Below, in pieces: positions 1 through 8,349 of a DNA stretch of 39,106 nucleotides. Positions within the stretch are counted from its first letter, which is position 1. The number at the start of each line of letters is the position of its first letter. A program made the position numbers and the translations under genes. Location of the stretch: the NCBI GenBank assembly GCA_050124795.1, contig JASFEO010000012.1, positions 1-39,106 on the forward strand, given 5' to 3'. The notes below the pieces were generated by a model. The model had not been told where the DNA came from and searched no databases. It saw only the letters and a list, made by a program, of their open reading frames with translations. The stretch comes from Candidatus Pacearchaeota archaeon. Lineage in GTDB: Archaea; Nanobdellota; Nanobdellia; Pacearchaeales; GW2011-AR1.

Positions 1-127
1 AAAATATCCGATATAATATAAATATAGTAAGTATTAAATTTCTAGGAGGTAATTATATTATGGATATAAGTAAAATGAGTTTTAACAAAAGGATTAGACT
101 AGTTAAAAAAGAGACTTTTGACGCGGT
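1..127. repeat. Terminal direct repeat, left copy (127 bp, identical to 38980-39106); circular-assembly overlap
   Basis: First 127 nt match the last 127 nt exactly; the repeat cuts through a promoter and the start of the ERF gene. Confidence 0.95.
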
Positions 128-824
128 AATTGAGTCGAGCGAACTTGGCGAAATTTCATCAAGAACAAAGGACGGCAAAAAAATTAATACAGGTAAGGGC
201 TATTATACACTTAGAACTATATTTAGTGCTTTGCATCCTGCTATGGATAAGTACGATATAGACTTAGAAATAATGATAAACAAAGATAATATTTTATGCA
301 TCTGGTACGATTGTATAGAAGATAAAAAAAGAGAGGTATTAATTGATTTTAGTAGTATTTCAGGGATGCAAAAGTTACCACTTATGAATAATATGGTCCA
401 ATCAGATGGAGCCGTAAAAAGTTATATTAGGCGTTATGCTCTTACAACACTGCTAAATCTAAATAGTACGGACGATATAGAAGAGAGACAGCCAAAAGAT
501 CAACCCAAAAGCCAGTATACTCCAAGACAACAACAACCAAAACAACCTACACAACCAAAGCAACAACAACCAAAAAAGATTACAAACACAAACTTAAAAG
601 CGTATTATGCTACGATTAAAGAAAAAGGCTTTACTACAGAAGAAGACAAAGAATTGATTGATAGCCTTGTAAAAGAAGCTTTCCAATTGAAGTCTAAAAA
701 TGATTGGCTAGATGTACACTATGGGCCATTTATGAAATTCATGAAAGAAGCGGACAAAGAAACTATTAAAATGTCATTAGAAAGAAAAATACAAAAAAGA
801 AAGGAAAAAGAAGGGGCGAAATAA
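60..824 (+). CDS. erf: ERF-family single-strand annealing recombinase
   Basis: GYYTL..I and Q..GAVKSYIRRYAL..LLNL...DD match the ERF motif; Q/P-rich linker; AGGAGG RBS. Confidence 0.8.
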   Translation: MDISKMSFNKRIRLVKKETFDAVIESSELGEISSRTKDGKKINTGKGYYTLRTIFSALHPAMDKYDIDLEIMINKDNILCIWYDCIEDKKREVLIDFSSISGMQKLPLMNNMVQSDGAVKSYIRRYALTTLLNLNSTDDIEERQPKDQPKSQYTPRQQQPKQPTQPKQQQPKKITNTNLKAYYATIKEKGFTTEEDKELIDSLVKEAFQLKSKNDWLDVHYGPFMKFMKEADKETIKMSLERKIQKRKEKEGAK

Positions 825-861
825 TTCCCCTCTTTAATTCCTTTGGTAGAGGGGGTTTAAT

Positions 862-1368
862 GTGAGTTTAGAAAGGGATATAACTATAGAAAAATTAATA
901 AAAGATTTTAAAGAATACGAGCAAGAAAAAGAAAGAATGATTAACGTTTGTTTAGGGGTTATAAATGATTATAACAGGAAAATAGATCAATATACTTATG
1001 ATATATTATCCAAAAGAAACGGACTTGAAAATCAAATCAAGTCTATGATGGATATAAAAGAAATGAAGGAAAATAAGACGGAGTACGCTTATAATTTGCC
1101 GTCTTGTAAAGTTAGCTTTAAAAAAGAACGTCACTTAATGAAGCTAAAAGAAGAATTTAATATTGATAATGTTCCAAGTAAGTTTATTAAAGAAGTAAGG
1201 AAAGTCGATTGGAACAATTATAAAAAGGTTCTTCAAGTAAAGGGCGAAGATATTATAAACATTCAAACAGGTGAAATTGTGGAGGACGTTGTATTAGAAA
1301 AGACAGGTGGCGGCGAGCTTGTTTTAAAAATATTTGAAGATAAGGAGATAGAAGAAAATGAAAAGTAA
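862..1368 (+). CDS. Mu Gam-like host-nuclease inhibitor
   Basis: N-terminal coiled coil, then YNLPSCKVSFKK, FIKEVRKVDW..YKK and TGEIVEDV, typical of Firmicutes phage Gam proteins; adjacent to ERF. Confidence 0.7.
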   Translation: MSLERDITIEKLIKDFKEYEQEKERMINVCLGVINDYNRKIDQYTYDILSKRNGLENQIKSMMDIKEMKENKTEYAYNLPSCKVSFKKERHLMKLKEEFNIDNVPSKFIKEVRKVDWNNYKKVLQVKGEDIINIQTGEIVEDVVLEKTGGGELVLKIFEDKEIEENEK

Positions 1369-1453
1369 AAGGGAAATAGGGGATATTCTAAACAATGATT
1401 ATTTCGAAAAATTATTAGAAGAAATTGAAGCGGAGGCGAAAAAGAATGAATGA
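1358..1453 (+). CDS. Small hypothetical protein (31 aa, MKSKREIGDILNNDYFEKLLEEIEAEAKKNE); not in the ORF track
   Basis: Translated by hand; AAGGAG upstream; overlaps the genes on both sides. Confidence 0.5.
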   Translation: MKSKREIGDILNNDYFEKLLEEIEAEAKKNE

Positions 1454-1622
1454 ATCTGTTATTGCTATGATGCACGATAACAAGGGGAATTATAAATTTG
1501 TAGAGACGTTTATTAGTTTATATGATAGCGATCAATTGTCAACAATCGTAATGATAATACAAAGAGAGATAAGAAAGAGGAATATAGCAAGTATTAACAA
1601 TGAATGTAAAAGTGTGGTATAA
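1446..1622 (+). CDS. Hypothetical protein (start moved to ATG 1446)
   Basis: GGAGG at 1432-1436 upstream of this ATG. Confidence 0.55.
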   Translation: MNESVIAMMHDNKGNYKFVETFISLYDSDQLSTIVMIIQREIRKRNIASINNECKSVV

Positions 1623-1626
1623 TATT

Positions 1627-1740
1627 ATGCAAGTGATTATATTGTTTGTTATATTTATGGTAATGTTGATATTTTCAACGTTAATACCTTCAGTAATTTT
1701 TTTCACAATTAAAGCAGTAAGAAAACTACAAAGCCTATGA
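1627..1740 (+). CDS. Possible 37-aa single-pass membrane peptide (MQVIILFVIFMVMLIFSTLIPSVIFFTIKAVRKLQSL)
   Basis: Translated by hand; hydrophobic run plus basic tail; no good RBS. Confidence 0.35.
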   Translation: MQVIILFVIFMVMLIFSTLIPSVIFFTIKAVRKLQSL

Positions 1741-1756
1741 TATCATAGGCTTTTTT
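1730..1756 (+). terminator. Intrinsic terminator ending the early recombination operon
   Basis: Palindrome AAAGCCTATGAT/ATCATAGGCTTT followed by a T-run. Confidence 0.8.
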
Positions 1757-1804
1757 GTGTTTTAATTCAAATTATCATATAATTATAATAAAGGAGGGTT
1801 TTAG

Positions 1805-2017
1805 ATGGCTATTTACAAGAAAAGACTTGACACGGCGAAATCAGTTAGACAATATTTAGCTAACGTTGTCCACGCGGTCCATGATGATAAAATGGATAGT
1901 GAAAAGGCCCGTTGTATAGGTTATTTATGTAACATTATGATAAAATCCTTTGAGGTTACGGACTTTGAAGACCGCTTGACAGTGTTAGAAGGGTTATTAA
2001 AAAATGAAAAATCATAG
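1805..2017 (+). CDS. Small helical protein, candidate terminase small subunit (part 1)
   Basis: AAGGAGG RBS; first gene of the packaging operon; C-terminal FEDRL..LE coiled coil. Confidence 0.5.
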   Translation: MAIYKKRLDTAKSVRQYLANVVHAVHDDKMDSEKARCIGYLCNIMIKSFEVTDFEDRLTVLEGLLKNEKS

Positions 2018-2144
2018 TAGGTTAAGAGAGTTAGAGCAATTAATAAAAGATAAATCATGTATATTAATTCTGGATGAAGAACCAACCAAAGCACAGGAAA
2101 ATAAATATAAGATTATTATAATAAATGATATACCGAGGGGTTAA
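2004..2144 (+). CDS. 46-aa ORF (MKNHSRLRELEQLIK...KIIIINDIPRG) resembling a terminase small-subunit C-terminus; not in the ORF track
   Basis: Translated by hand; fills the gap exactly up to the terL start; ends IIIINDIP. Confidence 0.5.
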   Translation: MKNHSRLRELEQLIKDKSCILILDEEPTKAQENKYKIIIINDIPRG

Positions 2145-2145
2145 A

Positions 2146-3435
2146 ATGGATAAGATATATTTAAAAGAATGTATAGGCCCGGCGTATTATAAAATGTTTT
2201 GGGATATTGAAGAAAAAGAACATATCCATTATGTTATGAAGGGCGGCCGGGGTTCTTTGAAATCTTCATTTGCATTTTTATATATTATTTATAAAATGAC
2301 TCAAGATGCTTTAAATGGTGATATAACACATTGTGTAGGCCTTCGAAAAATAAAAGATACTATCAAAGAAAGTGTATTTACTAATTTCTTATGGGCCATT
2401 AATATGTTAGGGCTAAATGATTATTGGAATAGCACAAAAACACCAATGAGAATTTGGTTTAAGAATAACACTATTTTATTTAGGGGTTGTGCTAATCAAG
2501 ACGATTACAATAAAATAAAGTCTATTAAATTTGAAAAGGGTTATTGTAAATATGCTGTTTTTGAAGAATTAACCGAGTTCGCCGGAATGGATGAAATATT
2601 AAGTATATTACAATCATTGTTTAGAGGTGGAAATGAAGCGGCGGCCTTTTATATGTACAATCCACCGGCTAGTCGTAAAAATTGGGTTAATGAAGAAATG
2701 GACAAAAAAGTCGATAATCGTTTTGTCCATCATTCAACTTATTTAGATGTTCCGGAAAAATGGTTAGGAAAAGTATTTATAAAAGAAGCCGAAGAGATCA
2801 AAAAGAATAATAATAGAAAATACCGACATATGTATTTAGGTGAAGTATTAGGGGAAGGACTCGAAATATATCCAGAACTAACTAAAGATAATCCAGACGG
2901 GCTTGTTGAGTATAGGACGATAACAGATGAAGAAATACAGGAAATGACTAAAATATACCGAGGTCTTGACTTTGGATATTCACACGCAACATGTTATAGT
3001 GAAGTATTTTACAATTTAAAAAAAGACTGGATTTATATTCTTGGTGAAGTATACTTATATCATGCATCAAACAAAATGTTAGCTATGCAAATAAAACCCA
3101 AGGCCGGAAGTACTTATATAAATGGTGACAGCGAAGACCCTCGGACAATTAATGAAATGAATTTATACGGCCTTAATGTGGGAAAAGCTAAAAAAGGCCC
3201 TGACTCAAAACATCATGGTATAAAGTGGGTACAAGATCGAGCTAGAATAATAATAGACAAAAAAAGAACTCCGAATATAGCCTCGGATTTTGAAAATTAT
3301 GAGTATGAAAAAGACAAAAAAACAGGCAAAATAATATATGATTTCCCTGACGAGCCAGACGGAAGTGCAAGCGTACGTTACGCATTAGAGCGCTTTATAT
3401 TACATAGCAAACTAAAATTTGGTGTAAGGAGGTAA
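2146..3435 (+). CDS. terL: PBSX/SPP1-family terminase large subunit (start ATG 2146)
   Basis: Walker A KGGRGSLKS, Walker B AVFEE, YNPP coupling motif, nuclease RGLDFGYSH. Confidence 0.95.
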   Translation: MDKIYLKECIGPAYYKMFWDIEEKEHIHYVMKGGRGSLKSSFAFLYIIYKMTQDALNGDITHCVGLRKIKDTIKESVFTNFLWAINMLGLNDYWNSTKTPMRIWFKNNTILFRGCANQDDYNKIKSIKFEKGYCKYAVFEELTEFAGMDEILSILQSLFRGGNEAAAFYMYNPPASRKNWVNEEMDKKVDNRFVHHSTYLDVPEKWLGKVFIKEAEEIKKNNNRKYRHMYLGEVLGEGLEIYPELTKDNPDGLVEYRTITDEEIQEMTKIYRGLDFGYSHATCYSEVFYNLKKDWIYILGEVYLYHASNKMLAMQIKPKAGSTYINGDSEDPRTINEMNLYGLNVGKAKKGPDSKHHGIKWVQDRARIIIDKKRTPNIASDFENYEYEKDKKTGKIIYDFPDEPDGSASVRYALERFILHSKLKFGVRR

Positions 3436-3440
3436 GAAGA

Positions 3441-4796
3441 ATGGATATTGTTAAAATTATTAAAGAGGATATAAAAAAGAAGAGAGATAAATACAAGGCT
3501 AGAGATTATTATAACTATAAGCTTAAAGAGGATGAAAGCGACGAAATCCACACGGCCTCGAATGGTGAAATACACACATTTAAAAAAGAAAATAAAAGAG
3601 AGCTTTATGTTAATTATTTTAAAATATTAGTTAAGCAAAAAATTAATTATTTGCTTGCTAAAACTCCGGAACTTGAAACAAAAGACGATTACACAGTTAC
3701 AACGATTAAAAGTATGTTAAAAGAGGCCGGGCTAAATGCTTGTTTAGATTCGACTGCTTGGCTACATTTTTATGTTGAGGATAATAAATTAGATTGGATA
3801 TTCGTTGAAGATAAAGAGATAATTCCTAAGTATGATAAATATAAAAAGAATATCATTGAAATAATAAGATACTATGAAATTGATAAAGATACAATAAGGG
3901 CTGAAATATGGTCTAAAACAGGGGTAACTATTCAACTTGTTGAGAAAGAAAAAGTTATTCAAGAAAAAACCGATTATCATTACTATGATGAATATCAATA
4001 CAATGATAATTTAGAGGATGTACAGGGGCGTAACTTCACTTTTATTCCGTTTATACCTATGTTTAATAATGATGAAAAAAAGAGCGAATTAACTGGGGAT
4101 TTAAAGGCCTTATTAGATATGTTCAATGAAATATCTAGTGGTTTTGTTTCAAACATAAATAAATTTCAAGAATCCATTATTAAATTAAAAGGTTTTGCCG
4201 GTGATGGTGAAGAGCTAGAGAAAACAATGGCTCATATGAAAAAATATAAAATGGTTGGAATACCTTCGGCCGGTAATGATGGGGCCGACATTGAATATAT
4301 GGCGGTGGAAATACCAGTTGAAGCTAGGCAAGTTATATTAGAACTTTTAAAAGACGCTATATTCCAAGTCGGTGAAGGTATGGACCCAAATAAAAAAATA
4401 TCAGAAAGTAATATAACAAATGTAGTTATTAAATCTAGATATTCAGCTCTAGACATGAAGGTAAATGATTTTGAGACGGAAATGAAGTTGTTTTATGAAA
4501 AGTTTGTTAATTCCTTGAATGAGTATTATAGGACTTCTTTAAGTGAAGAAATAACTTTTAATAGGTCTATGATATTTAATGAATCCGAACAAATAGACAA
4601 TTGTATTAAGTCTATGGGGCTTGTTCCAATGGAAATTATATTAGATAATCATCCTTGGATAAGTGACAGTAAAAACGCTCTTACAATGCTTGAAAAAGAA
4701 AAAGAAGAAAATATAAAACAGCAACAAAAAATGATGGAAGTACAAGACAACGGCGAAAAAAACATGAATAGTGAAGATTTAAAGAATAAGTCATAA
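3441..4796 (+). CDS. SPP1 gp6-like portal protein
   Basis: Directly after terL; IPFIPMFNN, ITNVVIKSRYSALDMK, ITFNRSMIFNESE and ILDNHPWI motifs. Confidence 0.9.
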   Translation: MDIVKIIKEDIKKKRDKYKARDYYNYKLKEDESDEIHTASNGEIHTFKKENKRELYVNYFKILVKQKINYLLAKTPELETKDDYTVTTIKSMLKEAGLNACLDSTAWLHFYVEDNKLDWIFVEDKEIIPKYDKYKKNIIEIIRYYEIDKDTIRAEIWSKTGVTIQLVEKEKVIQEKTDYHYYDEYQYNDNLEDVQGRNFTFIPFIPMFNNDEKKSELTGDLKALLDMFNEISSGFVSNINKFQESIIKLKGFAGDGEELEKTMAHMKKYKMVGIPSAGNDGADIEYMAVEIPVEARQVILELLKDAIFQVGEGMDPNKKISESNITNVVIKSRYSALDMKVNDFETEMKLFYEKFVNSLNEYYRTSLSEEITFNRSMIFNESEQIDNCIKSMGLVPMEIILDNHPWISDSKNALTMLEKEKEENIKQQQKMMEVQDNGEKNMNSEDLKNKS

Positions 4797-4801
4797 ATTT
4801 A

Positions 4802-4810
4802 TGATATAAT
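4802..4810 (+). promoter_or_regulatory. Extended -10 promoter (TGATATAAT) upstream of scaffold/capsid
   Basis: Perfect TGnTATAAT in the intergenic gap. Confidence 0.5.
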
Positions 4811-4848
4811 AGTTTTAAATAATAGTTTAAGTTAAATTATTATTATGT

Positions 4849-4912
4849 CATTGAACAAAACAATGTAAAAAAATGTCAAGTCTTCGCGGTCTATCGCGTA
4901 AAAAATAGGGGG
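4849..4912 (+). promoter_or_regulatory. Tandem hairpin/pseudoknot-like leader overlapping the scaffold RBS
   Basis: CATTG-loop-CAATG-TAAAAAAA and CGCG-GTCTAT-CGCG-TAAAAA-ATAGG; the second loop can pair with the RBS region. Confidence 0.5.
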
Positions 4913-4919
4913 AAATTTC

Positions 4920-5483
4920 ATGAGTGATAAAATTAGGAATAAAATTGGTGATGAGTTATATAATAAAATTCTTGAAACTGGGTTAAAGCCAAATGAATTT
5001 GACTTATTAAATGGATATGTTCCAAGAGATAGACTAAATGAAGTTAGCAACAAGCTAAAGTCAACCGAGGCAAAAATAACAGATTATGAAAGTCAAATAG
5101 AAGAGACAAAGCAATTATTAAAAGGTAATGACGAATTTAAATCTAAGTATAACGAATTAAGCGAAAAATATAAAAATGACTTAGCTTTAAAAGATAAAGA
5201 AATTATTAATAATAAAAAGCAGTATAGAATAGTTGATAAGTTAAAGGGTGAAGGAATGAAGCATCCAGAGGTATTTATGAATCAAATTGACTTTGAAAAG
5301 TTATCTTTTGATAATGATAATTTGTTAGGGCTTGACGATGTTGTAAAGGATTTAAAAGAGAAATATAATGATATGTTTGTAACTAAAACATCAACCAATA
5401 ATGTTACACAAAGTAACAAAAATGATAATGATAATGATAATAATAATGATGATGATTGGGGCGAGATATTTAAACAATTTTGA
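4920..5483 (+). CDS. Capsid scaffolding protein (GP20-like)
   Basis: YVPRDRLNEV, long coiled coil, LLGLDDVVKDLKEKYNDMF; immediately before the capsid gene. Confidence 0.85.
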   Translation: MSDKIRNKIGDELYNKILETGLKPNEFDLLNGYVPRDRLNEVSNKLKSTEAKITDYESQIEETKQLLKGNDEFKSKYNELSEKYKNDLALKDKEIINNKKQYRIVDKLKGEGMKHPEVFMNQIDFEKLSFDNDNLLGLDDVVKDLKEKYNDMFVTKTSTNNVTQSNKNDNDNDNNNDDDWGEIFKQF

Positions 5484-5503
5484 TGTTTAAAGGAGTGTAA
5501 GAG

Positions 5504-6412
5504 ATGGCAAATAGTATATCTTATGCAAAAGCCTACAAAGATAAGCTTGACGAAATATTTAAGGCCGGGGCTGTTACTGCTATGATGGAAGCGGCGGAAG
5601 GTACTTATAAATTTAATCCGGAAAATGCACAGGAAATTTTATTACAAAAAGTAAGTGTAAATGGATTGGGTGATTATTCAAGATCAAATGGTTATGTTTC
5701 CGGTGATGCGACAGTTACATGGGAAACGCATTCATTTGGACAAGATAGGGCAAGAAAATTTAATCTTGACACTATGGACGCAAAAGAAGCTATGTTCATG
5801 GTTGGCCGTTTAATGGCTGAAATTATGAGAACTCAAATTATACCGGAAATTGACGCTTATAGGTTCCATAAAATCTGTAATTTATGTAGTGTTGATGCAA
5901 CTGCCGATTTAACAGTTGATACCGTTGTAAATGCAATTGACACCGGTGTACAGACTTTAAATGATGCAGAGGTACCGGAAGAAGGTAGAGTGTTATTTTT
6001 AAGTAATACAGTTGATAACCTATTAAAGAACTCTGGCGAATTTTACAAAACTAGAGTAACGCATGATAATGCAGTTCAAAAAATTCAAAGAAAAATTTCT
6101 ATGCTTGACGATATGCCAATAATAAGAGTGCCTAAAGCAAGGTTCTATAGTGCTTTTGATTTTTATGATGGTGAGTCAGGCGGAGAAACAGCCGGAGGAT
6201 TTACTCCAAGTGCTGGGTCAAAAGAGCTTAATTTTATGATTGTACCTATCCAATATGTAATAGGTGTTATTCGTCATATGGACCCTAAATTAATTCAACC
6301 ACAATACAACGCCGATCATGACGGTTGGATATTTGCACCGAGACTATACCATGAATTGTTTATTCCAGAAAATAAATTAGGCGGTATTTACATACATAAA
6401 AAATCTTCATAA
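5504..6412 (+). CDS. Major capsid protein
   Basis: MANSISYAK.Y, GLGDYSRSNGY, QDRARKFNLDTMD, IIPEIDAYRF and RLYHELFI motifs. Confidence 0.93.
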   Translation: MANSISYAKAYKDKLDEIFKAGAVTAMMEAAEGTYKFNPENAQEILLQKVSVNGLGDYSRSNGYVSGDATVTWETHSFGQDRARKFNLDTMDAKEAMFMVGRLMAEIMRTQIIPEIDAYRFHKICNLCSVDATADLTVDTVVNAIDTGVQTLNDAEVPEEGRVLFLSNTVDNLLKNSGEFYKTRVTHDNAVQKIQRKISMLDDMPIIRVPKARFYSAFDFYDGESGGETAGGFTPSAGSKELNFMIVPIQYVIGVIRHMDPKLIQPQYNADHDGWIFAPRLYHELFIPENKLGGIYIHKKSS

Positions 6413-6427
6413 TTGAGGGGTTTTATA

Positions 6428-7021
6428 ATGAGTGATGTTCAACAAAATTTAATTAAATATTATGAAAATGTTTCTAATATGGCATTAAAAAACTTGAAGG
6501 CTGAAAAGTCTTTTCAGTTTAGAAAAATGCTTACTAATCATAGTTTATTACAGGTTGTTCAATCTCATTATGAAAGCATAAGCAAGTCAGAAGAAGCTAA
6601 GAAAATGATAAAAGATTATATGTCTAGCATGAATGGAATGTATAAAAGTGCTAGGGATGATTACAATAAAACTTTAAAATTGTTAAAGGCGACAAGTGAC
6701 CCTATAGTAAAACAAAGAATTTTAGACGAATACGCAACAAGAGGGATTCATGGTTTTACTGCGAAAAATGGGGCCAGATGGAATATAGAAACATATAGTA
6801 ATATGTGTACTACTCACTTTAACAATGAGATCACAAGGTTGAGTGTTTTAGAAAATGTACCTCAAGATGGTAAAGTACAAATAACGACAAGTTCAAGACC
6901 TTGTCCGTTGTGTATACCTTGGGAAAATAAAATTTTAACTTTACAAGAATTAAACTATGCAAGATCACAAGGACTATTTCATGTAAGATGTAAGCATTTT
7001 GCTTATCCAATTAGGGGGTAA
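6428..7021 (+). CDS. Minor capsid / head morphogenesis protein (Phage_min_cap2-like), short
   Basis: GARWNIETY, RPCPLCIPWENK and GLFHVRCKH; probable start ATG 6428 after GAGGGG. Confidence 0.75.
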   Translation: MSDVQQNLIKYYENVSNMALKNLKAEKSFQFRKMLTNHSLLQVVQSHYESISKSEEAKKMIKDYMSSMNGMYKSARDDYNKTLKLLKATSDPIVKQRILDEYATRGIHGFTAKNGARWNIETYSNMCTTHFNNEITRLSVLENVPQDGKVQITTSSRPCPLCIPWENKILTLQELNYARSQGLFHVRCKHFAYPIRG

Positions 7022-7023
7022 AA

Positions 7024-7188
7024 ATGAGATCAAAAAAAGAAGTTGAAAAACTTTTAATGGATAACATAGAAACTGAAACTTTAAAACGTAAATGGATAAG
7101 GCGGTATTATGTATCTTTGACAGAGGACCACAAACAAAAATGTTTATATTTTATTAAATTATATGGTGGAAATGAGGCCGAATTATGA
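7024..7188 (+). CDS. 54-aa ORF (MRSKKEVEKLLMDN...KRKWIRRYY...); not in the ORF track
   Basis: Translated by hand; AGGGGG RBS; ATGA overlap with the next gene. Confidence 0.55.
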   Translation: MRSKKEVEKLLMDNIETETLKRKWIRRYYVSLTEDHKQKCLYFIKLYGGNEAEL

Positions 7189-7442
7189 ACACGGAAAAAG
7201 GCTCAATTGTTGCATCAATGGGCGGTTATGGTGGCGAAGTTATAGACGATACCGATGCACATACACCAACAAGCCCCTACAATTATGTAGCAATACAAGC
7301 AATAGAAGATTCGACAGTTACGGCGGTCGGTGACATTACCGGTTTAAGTGGTGTTTCAGTACCGGCCGGGTTTGTTATTTATGGAACTTTCACAAGTATT
7401 ACTTTGGGTAGTGGTAGCGTGATTGCTTATTTAGGGGGATAA
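7185..7442 (+). CDS. Small beta-rich virion protein, probable capsid decoration or head-fibre base
   Basis: 85 aa, G/T/V-rich, ends FTSITLGSGSVIAY; in the head module. Confidence 0.5.
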   Translation: MNTEKGSIVASMGGYGGEVIDDTDAHTPTSPYNYVAIQAIEDSTVTAVGDITGLSGVSVPAGFVIYGTFTSITLGSGSVIAYLGG

Positions 7443-7445
7443 AAC

Positions 7446-8294
7446 ATGTTAGGTTTAGGACTAGGGTTAAATAAAAATAATTATAGTGGTGCTTTTACGG
7501 GGCCATTAGACTATTATAGTCAACTAAATTATACTTTTATGGGCCTTAGCATTTATAGACTTACAAAAGAGTATTCCGGATATTGTATGAAAATTAGAAG
7601 AAGCTCTGACAATGCGACAAAAGATATCGGCTTTTCTGGTAGTTTTGTTAATCGTGGAGCTATACAAAGTTTTTGCGGTTCCGGTGATGGTTACGTTCAT
7701 ACTCTTTATGACCAGTCAGGAAATGGCAATAATGCAGTCCAAACTAATAGCAGTTATCAACCTAAAATTTGTGAAAGTGGAGTCTTTATTGAAAAAGGTA
7801 TAAAATTTGATGGGGTTGACGATAGGTTAGACGTTGGCGACACTGGCGGGACTATGTGGAGTGGATATATAAGCTTTGAAACTAATCAAGAAATTACTTA
7901 TAATTCTTCACGAAAACTATCGTTTAATCTCGAAGATAATTACGGCGGTATTCGCTTTGGTAATACTACCGGATATCTTACAAACGAATTATTGGCGGTT
8001 TATGCGGCTGATAGTAATAGATCGGGTTGGGTATCAATATATGACACAATTACCACCGGCACAGTGCATAAACTTTTAACTATATTTAATACAGGGGCCA
8101 ATTTATTTGATATGAGGTATGATGGAACCTATCGAGGAATAACTAAAGTTAATACCCCAGCCGCTATATCTTGTGACAATGTAAGATTAGGGGCAACTAT
8201 GGACGGGGCTGATTGGTTAGATGGGTATGCAAGGTCATTTATATTGTTAAATACAACAATATATGTATCATGGAATTGGTTAAGTACTGTATGA
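7446..8294 (+). CDS. Head-fibre-like protein with concanavalin A/LamG-like (arabinofuranosidase-B-catalytic-like) domain
   Basis: MLGLGLGL N-terminus; IRRSSDNATKDIGF, LYDQSGNGNNAVQ, QPKI and FDGVDDRL motifs. Confidence 0.65.
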   Translation: MLGLGLGLNKNNYSGAFTGPLDYYSQLNYTFMGLSIYRLTKEYSGYCMKIRRSSDNATKDIGFSGSFVNRGAIQSFCGSGDGYVHTLYDQSGNGNNAVQTNSSYQPKICESGVFIEKGIKFDGVDDRLDVGDTGGTMWSGYISFETNQEITYNSSRKLSFNLEDNYGGIRFGNTTGYLTNELLAVYAADSNRSGWVSIYDTITTGTVHKLLTIFNTGANLFDMRYDGTYRGITKVNTPAAISCDNVRLGATMDGADWLDGYARSFILLNTTIYVSWNWLSTV

Positions 8295-8349
8295 CAACTT
8301 AGATATTTTCGAAAATGGTAATAAAATTACTTATAAAGGAGTGTAGCAA

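Noticed and set aside
1-127. Terminal repeat as a biological DTR or att site
   Set aside because: 127 bp equals a common assembler k-mer, the repeat starts mid-promoter and ends mid-gene, and PBSX/SPP1-type terminases usually give permuted ends.
5422-5455. GATAAT microsatellite at the scaffold 3' end
   Set aside because: It encodes an ordinary N/D-rich flexible linker, as is common in scaffold proteins.
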